From: Candidatus Babeliales bacterium
GTDB lineage: Bacteria > Babelota > Babeliae > Babelales > JANWKD01
Direction: 5' to 3'
DNA length: 64,000 bases
Assembly (NCBI GenBank): GCA_963722255.1
Contig: CAVRJO010000001.1
Location: 5,398 to 69,397, forward strand
Part shown: positions 38,365-47,328 of the stretch, piece after piece
Layout: the number at the start of each line of letters is the position of its first letter
How positions within the stretch are numbered: the first letter of the stretch is position 1
Translations under genes and position numbers: made by a program
Notes under the pieces: generated by a model
The model's database searches: none
Seen by the model: the letters and a program-made list of their open reading frames with translations, nothing else
Told to the model about the DNA's origin: nothing

Positions 38365-39762
38365 TTAATCACAAATATCGTGTTCTATTTTTTTAATACG
38401 TTCATCCAAAACCAGATCATTTTCTAAATGTACGCTAACCTTTTTTATTGCATGCATTACTGTTGTGTGATCTTTACGACCTAAAAATTGACCAATTTCT
38501 TGTAATGATTTATTGGTATATTTTTTCATAAGATACATAGCAAGTTGGCGAACAAAAGACAGCTGTTTATCACGAGCTTGAGAGCGTAAATCGTTCAAAG
38601 TAAAGGCATAATATTTTTGTAAACTTTTAACAATTGTTGCACAATCAACAATAACCTCTTTAGCTTCTTGTGGCCTCACTAAAAGTTTTTTTGCTAATTC
38701 TATAGTTATAGGCTGATTTGTTAAAGCAGAAAATGCTGTAATACGAATTAAAGCACCTTCCAATTCTCGTACGCTCGATACAATACGTGATGCAATAAAA
38801 TGTATTACTTCATCACTAATCTCTTGCTGTTGAAGATCTGATTTTCTTTTTAATATTGCAATTTTCGTCTCAGTTGTTGGCACTTGAATATCGGTCACTA
38901 ATCCCCATTCAAAGCGCGAGCGCAATCGTTCTGCAAGACCATTAATGCTTGATGGATCAGAATCACTTGAAAAAACAATCTGTTTATGGGTTTCATAAAG
39001 CATATTAAATATATGAAAAAACGCTTCCTGCGTTTGTTCCTTATTAGAAATAAATTGAACATCATCAATCAACAAAACATCGATCTCGCTATATTTATCT
39101 TTAAATTGATGAACTTTATCAAATCGAATTGCATTAATAAATTCATTAACAAAATGGTCAGCGGTTTGATATAAAATTTCAGCTTTTTTGTTATTTGACT
39201 TTATCTCATTACCAATTGCATGTAACAAATGAGTTTTACCAAGTCCAGACCCTCCATAAATGAAAAGTGGATTATAAAGTTTGCCAATTTTTTCAGTTAC
39301 AGCATGAGCTGCTGCATAAGCCAATTGATTACTTGGTCCCACAACAAAGGTATCAAAAAAATAGTTCTTATTTAATGTACTCTTTTGTTTATCAAGCGAA
39401 CTCCGTTTGCCGATATTATTTTTTTTTATTGGAGCTTCAAAATCCCGCGTAGTTATTGCCGGAATAATCTTTTGCTCAGGATTGAAAAGTTTTTTTGGAA
39501 CGTCATGTTCATTATCAAGAAAAACAATTCTTAGCGTATCGACATTAAACAATCGACTTAAATGAACTTGAAAAAGCAGATTATAATTTGTTTTAATCCA
39601 TTCTTTAATAAAAAGATTTGGAGCTGCCAAATAGACCACTTTTTCAAATGCGTCCCATCGTGTCAAACAAACGGCCTTCAGCCATGTTTGAACAACATGG
39701 CTACCTGCCTCTTGTGCAACAATTTTTAAAAATTCTTCCCAAATAGATTCAATTACATTCAA
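38365..39762 (-). CDS. dnaA: Chromosomal replication initiator protein DnaA
   Basis: GGSGLGKTHLLHAIGN (Walker A), LLIDDVQF, the sensor region RSRFEWGL, and the C-terminal DNA-binding helix GRKDHTTVMHAIKKV. Confidence 0.95.
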   Translation of the reverse strand: MNVIESIWEEFLKIVAQEAGSHVVQTWLKAVCLTRWDAFEKVVYLAAPNLFIKEWIKTNYNLLFQVHLSRLFNVDTLRIVFLDNEHDVPKKLFNPEQKIIPAITTRDFEAPIKKNNIGKRSSLDKQKSTLNKNYFFDTFVVGPSNQLAYAAAHAVTEKIGKLYNPLFIYGGSGLGKTHLLHAIGNEIKSNNKKAEILYQTADHFVNEFINAIRFDKVHQFKDKYSEIDVLLIDDVQFISNKEQTQEAFFHIFNMLYETHKQIVFSSDSDPSSINGLAERLRSRFEWGLVTDIQVPTTETKIAILKRKSDLQQQEISDEVIHFIASRIVSSVRELEGALIRITAFSALTNQPITIELAKKLLVRPQEAKEVIVDCATIVKSLQKYYAFTLNDLRSQARDKQLSFVRQLAMYLMKKYTNKSLQEIGQFLGRKDHTTVMHAIKKVSVHLENDLVLDERIKKIEHDICD

Positions 39763-39914
39763 AGGTCACCAAATAATTTTTTTTGCTCATGCTCTTTGTT
39801 ATTCCACAATGAGTCATTTATACTTTATCAAATCAACATTTTTTGGGGAAGTCTAGAAAAAAATTTCTTGAGAAAAACAAGTACGTAAAATAAAGAAAAA
39901 AATAAAATAAAATT

Positions 39915-41057
39915 TTACAAAATATTAGAAGGCTTTTTAAGATATGTTAAAATACCTTGAACAATACCCTGAGCAAGAGTCATTTGATAGGCTGGATCCA
40001 TTAATAATTTTGTTTCGTTATGATTAGATAAAAATCCGACCTCGATTAATGCCGAAGGTATCATAACATCAGTTCCCAAAAGCACCTGCGATACGGATTT
40101 TTTCACTTTTCTATCCTTTACATCATATACCTTTTTGGCAGCAGCAAGAGTAGAACTATGAACCGCCTCTGCCAATTTTGCATTCATACAATCTTGTTGA
40201 GCTCTAAGCAATGTAAGATGATCATTGTGCAAAGAACCCTTTTTGAGTAGAGAGCTATCTAAACAATAGGTTTCTATGCCCGAAGCAGTATGTGATGATC
40301 CTGAATTTGCATGAATAGAAAGAAATAAATCAACCTTTTTTTTATTTGCCTCTGTCGTGCGCTCATCAAGCGCAACAAAATAATCACCATATCTGGATAA
40401 ATAAACCTCACAACCTGATTTTTTTAAAAGTGAAGCAACCTTTGTTCCGACTTGATAGTTAATATTCTTTTCTTTAACGTAATAGCATCCAACTTTTCCT
40501 TCATCAATTCCACCATGGCCAATATCAAGCATAATTTTTGGTTTCGATTCATTCTCAAGTTTATTCATAGCATACTGAATCAACGAATCTGTTGATGTTT
40601 TCAAAGTGGATAGTATTTGCTTGTTATGAAAAGAAATTACGAGCCCTTTATTTCCCGTTATCGCATTAAAAGTTTGATAATCACATAAAATCTTAGCACT
40701 ATCATAGGTAATAGCTATTTTTATACCCTTAATTGGCGCTGTCACCTCATTAAAACTAATTGTATAGCCAGCCCTCTTATTTTCATGAACTTTTTTTGCC
40801 ATAGTCTTTACTTCAGATCCCTGTAAAAGAGTCATAGGTAAAAAAAACACCATCGAATCAAAATTTTTAGATTGGTGGCCATTTGGTTTATTTGGCAGCT
40901 TATTACATACTGGCTCTTCACTAAAATAGCATACAACATTATCCGTCACAGTGCCTTGGTGATGAAATATTTTTGTTATATGATTTATGGTTCCTCGTGC
41001 TTGACTATATACAATCATTAAGCAAAAAAAAGATATATATACTTTTATTTTGTTCAT
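39915..41057 (-). CDS. N-acetylmuramoyl-L-alanine amidase (Amidase_3, AmiC-like) with an N-terminal extra domain
   Basis: IMLDIGHGGIDEGKVG, NYQVGTKVASLLKKSGCEVYLSR, ERTTEANKKKVDLFLSIHANS, GIETYC, ALIEVGFLSN. Confidence 0.85.
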   Translation of the reverse strand: MNKIKVYISFFCLMIVYSQARGTINHITKIFHHQGTVTDNVVCYFSEEPVCNKLPNKPNGHQSKNFDSMVFFLPMTLLQGSEVKTMAKKVHENKRAGYTISFNEVTAPIKGIKIAITYDSAKILCDYQTFNAITGNKGLVISFHNKQILSTLKTSTDSLIQYAMNKLENESKPKIMLDIGHGGIDEGKVGCYYVKEKNINYQVGTKVASLLKKSGCEVYLSRYGDYFVALDERTTEANKKKVDLFLSIHANSGSSHTASGIETYCLDSSLLKKGSLHNDHLTLLRAQQDCMNAKLAEAVHSSTLAAAKKVYDVKDRKVKKSVSQVLLGTDVMIPSALIEVGFLSNHNETKLLMDPAYQMTLAQGIVQGILTYLKKPSNIL

Positions 41058-41489
41058 ACATACTCCCAGTCATTATTGAGCTGTTTACTAAAAACCATCC
41101 TTAATCTAGCAGTTTTTATTTCTAACTGTCAATAAATTGGTTGGTTGACTAGGACAATTTTGTCAGCTGGCTATAAATACCAGGATTGACTGCATGACAA
41201 AACTATTGAACTTTGATAGTATGAAAACTGAAAATATAATTTTCTGTAAAATCGGATTATGATCTTTTTGTGGAAACTTTGCCTCAAATTCAGCTTTTAT
41301 AACGGTTTATATGAAGAAAATTGATAGTAGAGGATAATTTCCAATAAACCACCTATTCATTCATTTTTTTGTTATTTTTTTGTGCTACCAAATTACCGTC
41401 TCACTCCTAGAAAACAGTAGCAAATCAGGCCCATAACCACTTGCAAATTTATTTCAAATTGTTATTATTGAAACTAGCTAGATAAACTA

Positions 41490-42134
41490 ATGAGAAAAAG
41501 GATGCATTATATGAAAGCATATCTATTATTTTTAACTATTGTTCTTTATAATCCCCTCTTTGCCATACAAGAAAACACAGGCAAAAAAGAGTCAGTACAT
41601 GGAAATTACCCTGTAAAAGCAAAAATGGTACAATTTGGGAAATTTGTAGGTAATGTTGCTCTTGCCACTGGTATTAGCTATTGCACGACATTAGCTAACA
41701 CCTTTTTTCACGAATTAGGCCATGCCATGGTTAGAAAAGCTTTCACGGGCGAACCTATTATAATATATTTGGGGACAACTGCCGCAGATTCAATAAAACC
41801 CGGTATCCATTTGAGTGGCTTTAATCCCCTTATAGGAGTATCACATTTTAACCCTTATTTAAAAACTACTCCTGGCCAAGAAATTCTTATATGTTTAGCT
41901 GGACCAATCATGGGGATAGTAACAGCTTATTTATGCAATAAAATATTAAATAATCAAAAATTGTTGCCCCCTTTAACCACACAATTGTGTAAAGATTTAA
42001 ATTATACAAATTACATAGACAATCTTGCACAATTAATTCCTTACCGCGATAGAACAGATGGAGGCGCTATTACCAAATATCTTAATATACTAGATTTTGA
42101 ATATAATGGAGAATTAACAAATCCCACTGCTTAA
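41490..42134 (+). CDS. HExxH membrane protein (putative zincin-like metallopeptidase), 3'-truncated by an IS insertion
   Basis: FFHELGHAMV lies next to hydrophobic helices. The reading frame runs into the IS inverted repeat, which supplies codon Ala and the stop (GCT TAA). Confidence 0.55.
   Translation: MRKRMHYMKAYLLFLTIVLYNPLFAIQENTGKKESVHGNYPVKAKMVQFGKFVGNVALATGISYCTTLANTFFHELGHAMVRKAFTGEPIIIYLGTTAADSIKPGIHLSGFNPLIGVSHFNPYLKTTPGQEILICLAGPIMGIVTAYLCNKILNNQKLLPPLTTQLCKDLNYTNYIDNLAQLIPYRDRTDGGAITKYLNILDFEYNGELTNPTA
42121..42129. repeat. Left copy of the 9-bp target-site duplication ATCCCACTG
   Basis: An identical 9-mer lies at 43306..43314, directly outside the two inverted repeats. Confidence 0.85.
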
Positions 42135-43305
42135 CACCTGACAATTTTAAAAGTAAGCCATAAAGGGGGAATTTCCAGCAATGACAGTGCGGCTTTCAGA
42201 AGAAAGCGAATACCTTTTTTGAAAAAGGAAGTTAAACTGCGCGCAGTTTTTTTTTAGAACGTTTTGCACGCTCAAGATCTGGCTGCATGCCGGTGGAAAC
42301 AGCCCAATAATAAGCAACACTTAAAACAAGAATAAGACGTTCTATTCGTTCTGCATGGCGTAACTGAGTAGTAGTGATATCAAAGCCTCTTGATTTAAAG
42401 TCTGAGAACATAGGCTCAATAGACCATCGCATGCCATAATCAAGAACTTTATATTCGGTAGGAACACAATCCATAGCAATGATCCAAGGTTCATCTTTGC
42501 CTTCATCTTGTAGTGCACCAATGTTAGTTGTAACGCCAGAATTATTCAACTGAACATTGCACAACGATGTTTGTTTTAATCTGATAAGCTCGCCAGAACT
42601 CAATTCCCCACCATGATGAAAAAGAATAAGATTATCTTTCAAGCGAATGCGGTATCGCCATTTGAAACTTTGACATAATTGGATAAGCGCAGGATTCCCA
42701 TAGAATCTATCCGCCATTAAAAATAATTTTTGCATAGCTTGGTATGTTAGCAAACACCGCCTCAAGCAGTTGTTTTTGAATGGTAAAGCCAATTTCTCCT
42801 TGCGTTTTAATTACTCGCCATGCAACAGGAATAGCACGTTCTCCAATTCGCAATGAAACCATAAGACATTCAAATTCTTTATTGATTTGACTTTGATCCA
42901 TTGATAAAACAATGATCTGGCCATTTGCATGTATAAGTTCTATTAATTCAGGGATAAAGCCTTCTAGTAACGTATCACAATCAATTTTATCATTGGCAAG
43001 CCAACGATTAATATAGCGATAACGCTCCTCATCACTTTTGACTTTTCTTGGCAGCACTGTTGCTAATTCTGATGTGTTAACATTGCGACATGTTATTACT
43101 GATGCTGCTAAATCTGCCAAACCTATCCTTTGTGGCTTGCTTAAACGTATATCTCTCTCTGCTAAATCTTCTTCGATAACTTTTGCCAAGTGTATTATTG
43201 ATCCACCCATCATTCTCACCTTATTTACTCCTTTGTTTTTCACAAAGTATACACTTTTTGCAAAACAGAGTCTTTGATGAGTGTTAAATTTTGTCAGGTG
43301 TTAAG
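42130..43305 (-). mobile_element. IS4-family insertion sequence (1176 bp)
   Basis: Terminal inverted repeats CTTAACACCTGACAA (42130..42144) and TTGTCAGGTGTTAAG (43291..43305) match 15/15. A 9-bp TSD flanks them. There is an internal DDE transposase gene. Confidence 0.9.
42232..43243 (-). pseudogene. IS4-family DDE transposase, split into two overlapping ORFs by a frameshift
   Basis: ORFs 42707..43243 and 42232..42792 overlap. The sequence reads through (...IPSYAKIIF/LMADRFYGNP...) if one nt is removed near the A5/T5 runs at about 42715..42730. The Y(2)R(3)E(6)K signature YGMRWSIEPMFSDFK is present. Confidence 0.85.
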
Positions 43306-43314
43306 ATCCCACTG
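43306..43314. repeat. Right copy of the 9-bp target-site duplication ATCCCACTG
   Basis: Matches 42121..42129 exactly. Confidence 0.85.
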
Positions 43315-43415
43315 TAGAGAATTGGACTATTGGAGCGCTAAGAGGCTTATTATTATGTGACGTAGCGGTGGCTATCAAGATGCTTCATACATGCTATAAA
43401 TATTACCCGCAATAA
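43314..43415 (+). other. Displaced 3' end (33 codons plus stop) of the HExxH membrane protein gene
   Basis: Aligning the two TSD copies continues the frame ...NPT|VENWTIGALRGLLLCDVAVAIKMLHTCYKYYPQ*, which includes a hydrophobic helix. Confidence 0.7.
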
Positions 43416-43430
43416 TTTTAGATTAGTTTA

Positions 43431-44354
43431 GAGCCTGTCTGAAAACTCAAGGCAGTTGAAAAAATAAATAAAAAAAAATAAAATCCCTCTTGTTGTTACT
43501 ACACAAACAAAGAAGGATTTTTTCATATGAAGCATTTAAATTACGAAGAAATTATACCATCAAAATATGTCATATCTAAAGAACTTTTACAAGAATTTCA
43601 TAATTTTATTGCAGTCTATATGCCACCAAGTAAAATAGGTCGACCACGTTCAGATAATGATCCATTAATAGCAGGAATATATTATTTACTCAAGACAGGA
43701 TGTCAGTGGGATGCGCTGCCCAAATGCTTTGGTCCAGCAAAAACCGTTTATCACAGATTTAGAGAACTAGTTAAAGCAAATGCTTTTCAAAAAATTTGGA
43801 AATCAATTTTAATGCACTATGATCGAACAAAAGGACTTCGTCTTGAAAATCAATCTATAGATTCATGCCATAAAAAAGCGCCTCTTGGAGGAGACAAAAC
43901 GGGAATTAGCCCTGTTGATAGAAGAAAATTGGGCTCCAAATTAAATCTTGTTGTTGAAGAATTGGGACTTCCTCTTAGCGCTACCGTTGCGGGTGGAAAT
44001 CGACATGACACGCAATTATTTGTTCCTCTTATTGATAATTTACAGTATCAAATCCCACAATCAAGAAATCATTATCTTCGCACTGACAAGGGCTTCGTAT
44101 CTAAAAAAAATAAGGAAGAAGCTATTAAACGAAACTTTACGCCGGTAATGCCATTAAAAAAACCCAAAAATAAACCTCGAGTTACAACAAATAAAGATCC
44201 AATACGGTGGGTTGTTGAAAGAACATTTTCTTGGATGAATCGATTCAGACGCGTTTTCATTCGTTATGACAAGCTATCTAAAAACTTTCTTGGGCTAGTT
44301 CAATTTGCTTGTCTAGTCATCGTTTTCAGAAAAATTTAGTTTTCAGACAGGCTC
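43431..44354 (+). mobile_element. IS5-family insertion sequence (924 bp)
   Basis: Perfect 16-bp terminal inverted repeats GAGCCTGTCTGAAAAC (43431..43446) and GTTTTCAGACAGGCTC (44339..44354), flanked by TTA on both sides (43428..43430 and 44355..44357). Confidence 0.9.
43527..44339 (+). CDS. IS5-family DDE transposase (intact single ORF)
   Basis: GRPRSDNDPLIAGIYYLLKTGCQWDALPKCFGPAKTVYHRFRELVKANAFQKIW, followed by DSCHKKA, DKGF and VVERTFSWMNRFRR, is the typical IS5 pattern. Confidence 0.9.
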   Translation: MKHLNYEEIIPSKYVISKELLQEFHNFIAVYMPPSKIGRPRSDNDPLIAGIYYLLKTGCQWDALPKCFGPAKTVYHRFRELVKANAFQKIWKSILMHYDRTKGLRLENQSIDSCHKKAPLGGDKTGISPVDRRKLGSKLNLVVEELGLPLSATVAGGNRHDTQLFVPLIDNLQYQIPQSRNHYLRTDKGFVSKKNKEEAIKRNFTPVMPLKKPKNKPRVTTNKDPIRWVVERTFSWMNRFRRVFIRYDKLSKNFLGLVQFACLVIVFRKI

Positions 44355-44391
44355 TTATTATACATTTAGTTAATCAATAGCGTTCAATATG

Positions 44392-45963
44392 TTAATCTAA
44401 AGAAGGCAATAAAAAGTGATAGTTATAATACATTCTCTGTATAATTGATAACTTTTGCGTTGCATTAAATACATGTGATTCAAGCTCATCAAGATCATCC
44501 AAAATCATTTTGCGTTCTCCAAGAGGTAACTGAACAGAATACTTTTTAAACTGCTCAATCCAATAGATACAAAATCCTCGATCGGCAATAGAAAGAAGAT
44601 CATTTTTGGCTGCATAACGATTATAAATCATATGCAAATGGCGCAATGAACGCCGTAAAGGCTGGTAGGTATTTTTTTGTAAAACAATTTTGGTAAATAA
44701 AAACTTGCTTAAAGAATATGAAAAATATGCTAAAAGCGCCGAGGGCAAAACGGCCGCTAATTCAAAGTTAATGATATTAGCATTAATTAATTTTTCAGTA
44801 TCAAGCGCGCCCTTCTTAACCATGAATAAGACATCTTTAAGTTGTATCTCAAATAATCGAACTAATTCCAGAATCTTGGGTAGATTATTAAAAAAAATTT
44901 GTGCCTTTTGAATCTTACTACTTATCGAAGTTCCCTTAACCTCTTTTTCAATATCACACAGATCTTGCATTATTTTATCACAATCTTGGTAAAGAAAACC
45001 AAGGTTACCCTCAACTATCTGCTCAACTATTTCTTTTTTTTGTTCTTGAGTTAGTTCAGGATGTTTTAATTCCAAAGCTGTTGTGCTTGATCTTATAATG
45101 GACTCCTCTACTGCATCAACTCCTTCTTTTTTGGCAAGCGGCTTGCGATCATGCCGGAACAGGGCTTTCAAAGAATCAATAATTGGACTTGAAACATGTT
45201 CATGATAATATTTTTTTAAACCTTCAATGCCAACTTCAGCCCAATACTGCAATTTCGATTTGTTGTTATACATAAAATAGGTAATACCTAGCAATGTTGC
45301 TGTGCCAACAAAATAGCTAAGCCAATTTCGCTGAAAATGGTTCGGCTCACTGCAATGAGCAACTGCTCTTCGTACATTTTTAAGATAATAGCTTATAAGA
45401 TACGCATTGCGATCAACCCGTTGAACATACGTCTCTGAATGGCTACCCTCTCTATATACCTTTGCTGAATGTGGATAATAACTTAAAAACTGCTCTATGG
45501 TTTCAAGAATCTGAGTAAGTTTTTTTTCTGAATACGCTGAATCCTTTTCATATTCAGAAACGAGGTTTTTAAACAGCCCTAAGTAATAGGCATGATGCTC
45601 TTGTTCCCTCTCAAGAAAAGCAATGCTTGAATCAATTTTTTGCCATTCTTGCTTTCTATATACCCATTTTGTCGGATCTTTTGATAAAAAATAGGCTAAC
45701 GGGGTTAATTTTTGAGTTTTCCAATATTCCTCATGTAAATAAAGCTCATGAATCACTTTCATGATAATAGCCATAAGTTCTTTAGATTGTCCTATGGATT
45801 TCTCGTATGCTTTATAATTAACAAGAGAATGAACATCTGAATCATGATGAAGAATAAGCTGCTCATCATTATTTTGATTACAATTAACGCTTATTATGGC
45901 TAGGTTGATAAGAAGCAAGAATAGTAGAGGCTTCAAAAAATATACTGATTTGATTAATTTCAT
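44392..45963 (-). CDS. Hypothetical membrane-associated protein
   Basis: 523-aa ORF with an N-terminal leader and internal hydrophobic helices. No family recognised. Confidence 0.45.
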   Translation of the reverse strand: MKLIKSVYFLKPLLFLLLINLAIISVNCNQNNDEQLILHHDSDVHSLVNYKAYEKSIGQSKELMAIIMKVIHELYLHEEYWKTQKLTPLAYFLSKDPTKWVYRKQEWQKIDSSIAFLEREQEHHAYYLGLFKNLVSEYEKDSAYSEKKLTQILETIEQFLSYYPHSAKVYREGSHSETYVQRVDRNAYLISYYLKNVRRAVAHCSEPNHFQRNWLSYFVGTATLLGITYFMYNNKSKLQYWAEVGIEGLKKYYHEHVSSPIIDSLKALFRHDRKPLAKKEGVDAVEESIIRSSTTALELKHPELTQEQKKEIVEQIVEGNLGFLYQDCDKIMQDLCDIEKEVKGTSISSKIQKAQIFFNNLPKILELVRLFEIQLKDVLFMVKKGALDTEKLINANIINFELAAVLPSALLAYFSYSLSKFLFTKIVLQKNTYQPLRRSLRHLHMIYNRYAAKNDLLSIADRGFCIYWIEQFKKYSVQLPLGERKMILDDLDELESHVFNATQKLSIIQRMYYNYHFLLPSLD

Positions 45964-46028
45964 TATGATTCCTTCTATTAATAATCTTACTATACTACAA
46001 AAATTTAATAAATTCTAATGACTATGGC

Positions 46029-46057
46029 TTGTCAAGAAGCAAGAAGCACGGTAGAAT
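46029..46057 (+). promoter_or_regulatory. Sigma70-like promoter candidate for rplU
   Basis: TTGTCA, a 17-nt spacer, then TAGAAT, about 100 nt upstream of the rplU start. An imperfect hairpin (46067..46091) lies in the putative leader. Confidence 0.35.
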
Positions 46058-46160
46058 AGTAATATTACTCTTTATTCCCGTTCATAAGAGTGAAAAATGG
46101 TGGCTAATATATAAAATACTAGAATTCGTTATAATTTAAAATTTCAAAAGGAAATATTCG

Positions 46161-46502
46161 ATGGCACAAGCTAAGAGAGCAATCCCTGTTTTTGAGCGTT
46201 ATGCGATTTTTCAAACAGGCGGTAAGCAATATCAAGCAATTGAGGGTAAAACTATTGCAATCGAAAAACTTGAAGGCAATCAAGGCGATTCAGTAGAATT
46301 TAAGGAAGTATTATTGCGTAAAACAGGTGATGATGCTATTGAAGTCGGTAAGCCTTTCGTTGGCTCAACTATTAAAGCTTCTATTGTAAAACAAATGCGT
46401 GGACCAAAAATTGTTGTCTTCAAATTTAAACGCCGTAAGAAGTCCCGTGTTAAAAAAGGTCATCGTCAATCAATTACGGTTATTCGTGTTGAATCTATCT
46501 AA
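46161..46502 (+). CDS. rplU: 50S ribosomal protein L21
   Basis: YAIFQTGGKQYQAIEGKTIAIEKLEG ... KIVVFKFKRRKKSRVKKGHRQSITVIRVESI. Confidence 0.93.
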   Translation: MAQAKRAIPVFERYAIFQTGGKQYQAIEGKTIAIEKLEGNQGDSVEFKEVLLRKTGDDAIEVGKPFVGSTIKASIVKQMRGPKIVVFKFKRRKKSRVKKGHRQSITVIRVESI

Positions 46503-46534
46503 GATTTAGCATTCTTCAATCTAAAAATAAAAAA

Positions 46535-46560
46535 AACGCGCTTTCAAAGGGCGCGTTTTT
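46535..46560. terminator. Bidirectional rho-independent terminator between rplU and ktrA
   Basis: An A-run, then ACGCGC-TTTCAAAGG-GCGCGT, then T5. Confidence 0.8.
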
Positions 46561-46667
46561 ATTTTTAGAAAAAATTGGCTGTTTTTTATGTAAATCGTAT
46601 ACTGAACTCTATGAAAATCATAAACTCAATGATACAATTTGCATTAAGTACAAAAATAAAAGAGGCA

Positions 46668-47315
46668 TTACAACTTTGCTATGGTCATCAACTTATTCAA
46701 GGATCCAGCCAAAACAAGAGTCTCATCAGAATTAATGATGTAATCGGACCCGACGGGCATTATTTCTTCATCTTTTTTGACACCAATGCAACGCGCTTGA
46801 TATTTTTCATACAATTTTAATGACGTAACTGTTTTGCCAACAAATTTTTCAGGAGCAGTAATTTGAATAATACCAAAGGATGGTGTCAATCGAATCAGTT
46901 GGGCAAAGGGATAACTTAAACTATCCGCTAAACGCATACCAACTTCTTGCTCAGGCAAAATTACTTGATCAGCACCAATAAGTTTTAGAATTTCTTGATG
47001 AATTTCACTCACTGCACGTGTAATCACTGTAGGAATATTTAATCTTTTTTTAAGCAATGCTGTTACTAAAATAGACTGTGCAAAATTTTCACCCATCGCA
47101 ACAATAACCGTATCCATTTCTTCAACACCGATAGAACGTAATGCTGCCTCATCTGAAACACGTAAACAAATTGATTGTGTTATCTGATCACGAATCGATG
47201 CAACAATTGATTCATTACTATCAATTCCGAGAACTTCCATGCCATTATCAGCAAGTGTTGTAGCAACTCTATATCCAAATCTACCCAAGCCTATAACGCA
47301 AAATTTCATATACAA
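46668..47315 (-). CDS. ktrA: Potassium uptake regulatory subunit KtrA/TrkA (RCK N and C domains)
   Basis: KFCVIGLGRFGYRVATTLADNGMEVLGIDSNE is a Rossmann GxGxxG. A TrkA-C-like C-terminal half follows. Confidence 0.85.
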   Translation of the reverse strand: MYMKFCVIGLGRFGYRVATTLADNGMEVLGIDSNESIVASIRDQITQSICLRVSDEAALRSIGVEEMDTVIVAMGENFAQSILVTALLKKRLNIPTVITRAVSEIHQEILKLIGADQVILPEQEVGMRLADSLSYPFAQLIRLTPSFGIIQITAPEKFVGKTVTSLKLYEKYQARCIGVKKDEEIMPVGSDYIINSDETLVLAGSLNKLMTIAKL

Positions 47316-47328
47316 TAATCCTTATATA

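Noticed and set aside
41141-41170. GACAATTTTGTCAG, which resembles the inner parts of the IS4 element's inverted repeats (possible solo IR or MITE)
   Set aside because: Only about 9 nt match each inverted repeat. The outer CTTAACACC part is absent. What remains is a trivial 5-bp inverted repeat.
46575-46820. 81-aa plus-strand ORF after rplU
   Set aside because: It starts beyond the rplU terminator and runs antisense into the ktrA C-terminus. It is not L27 and has no rpmA motifs.
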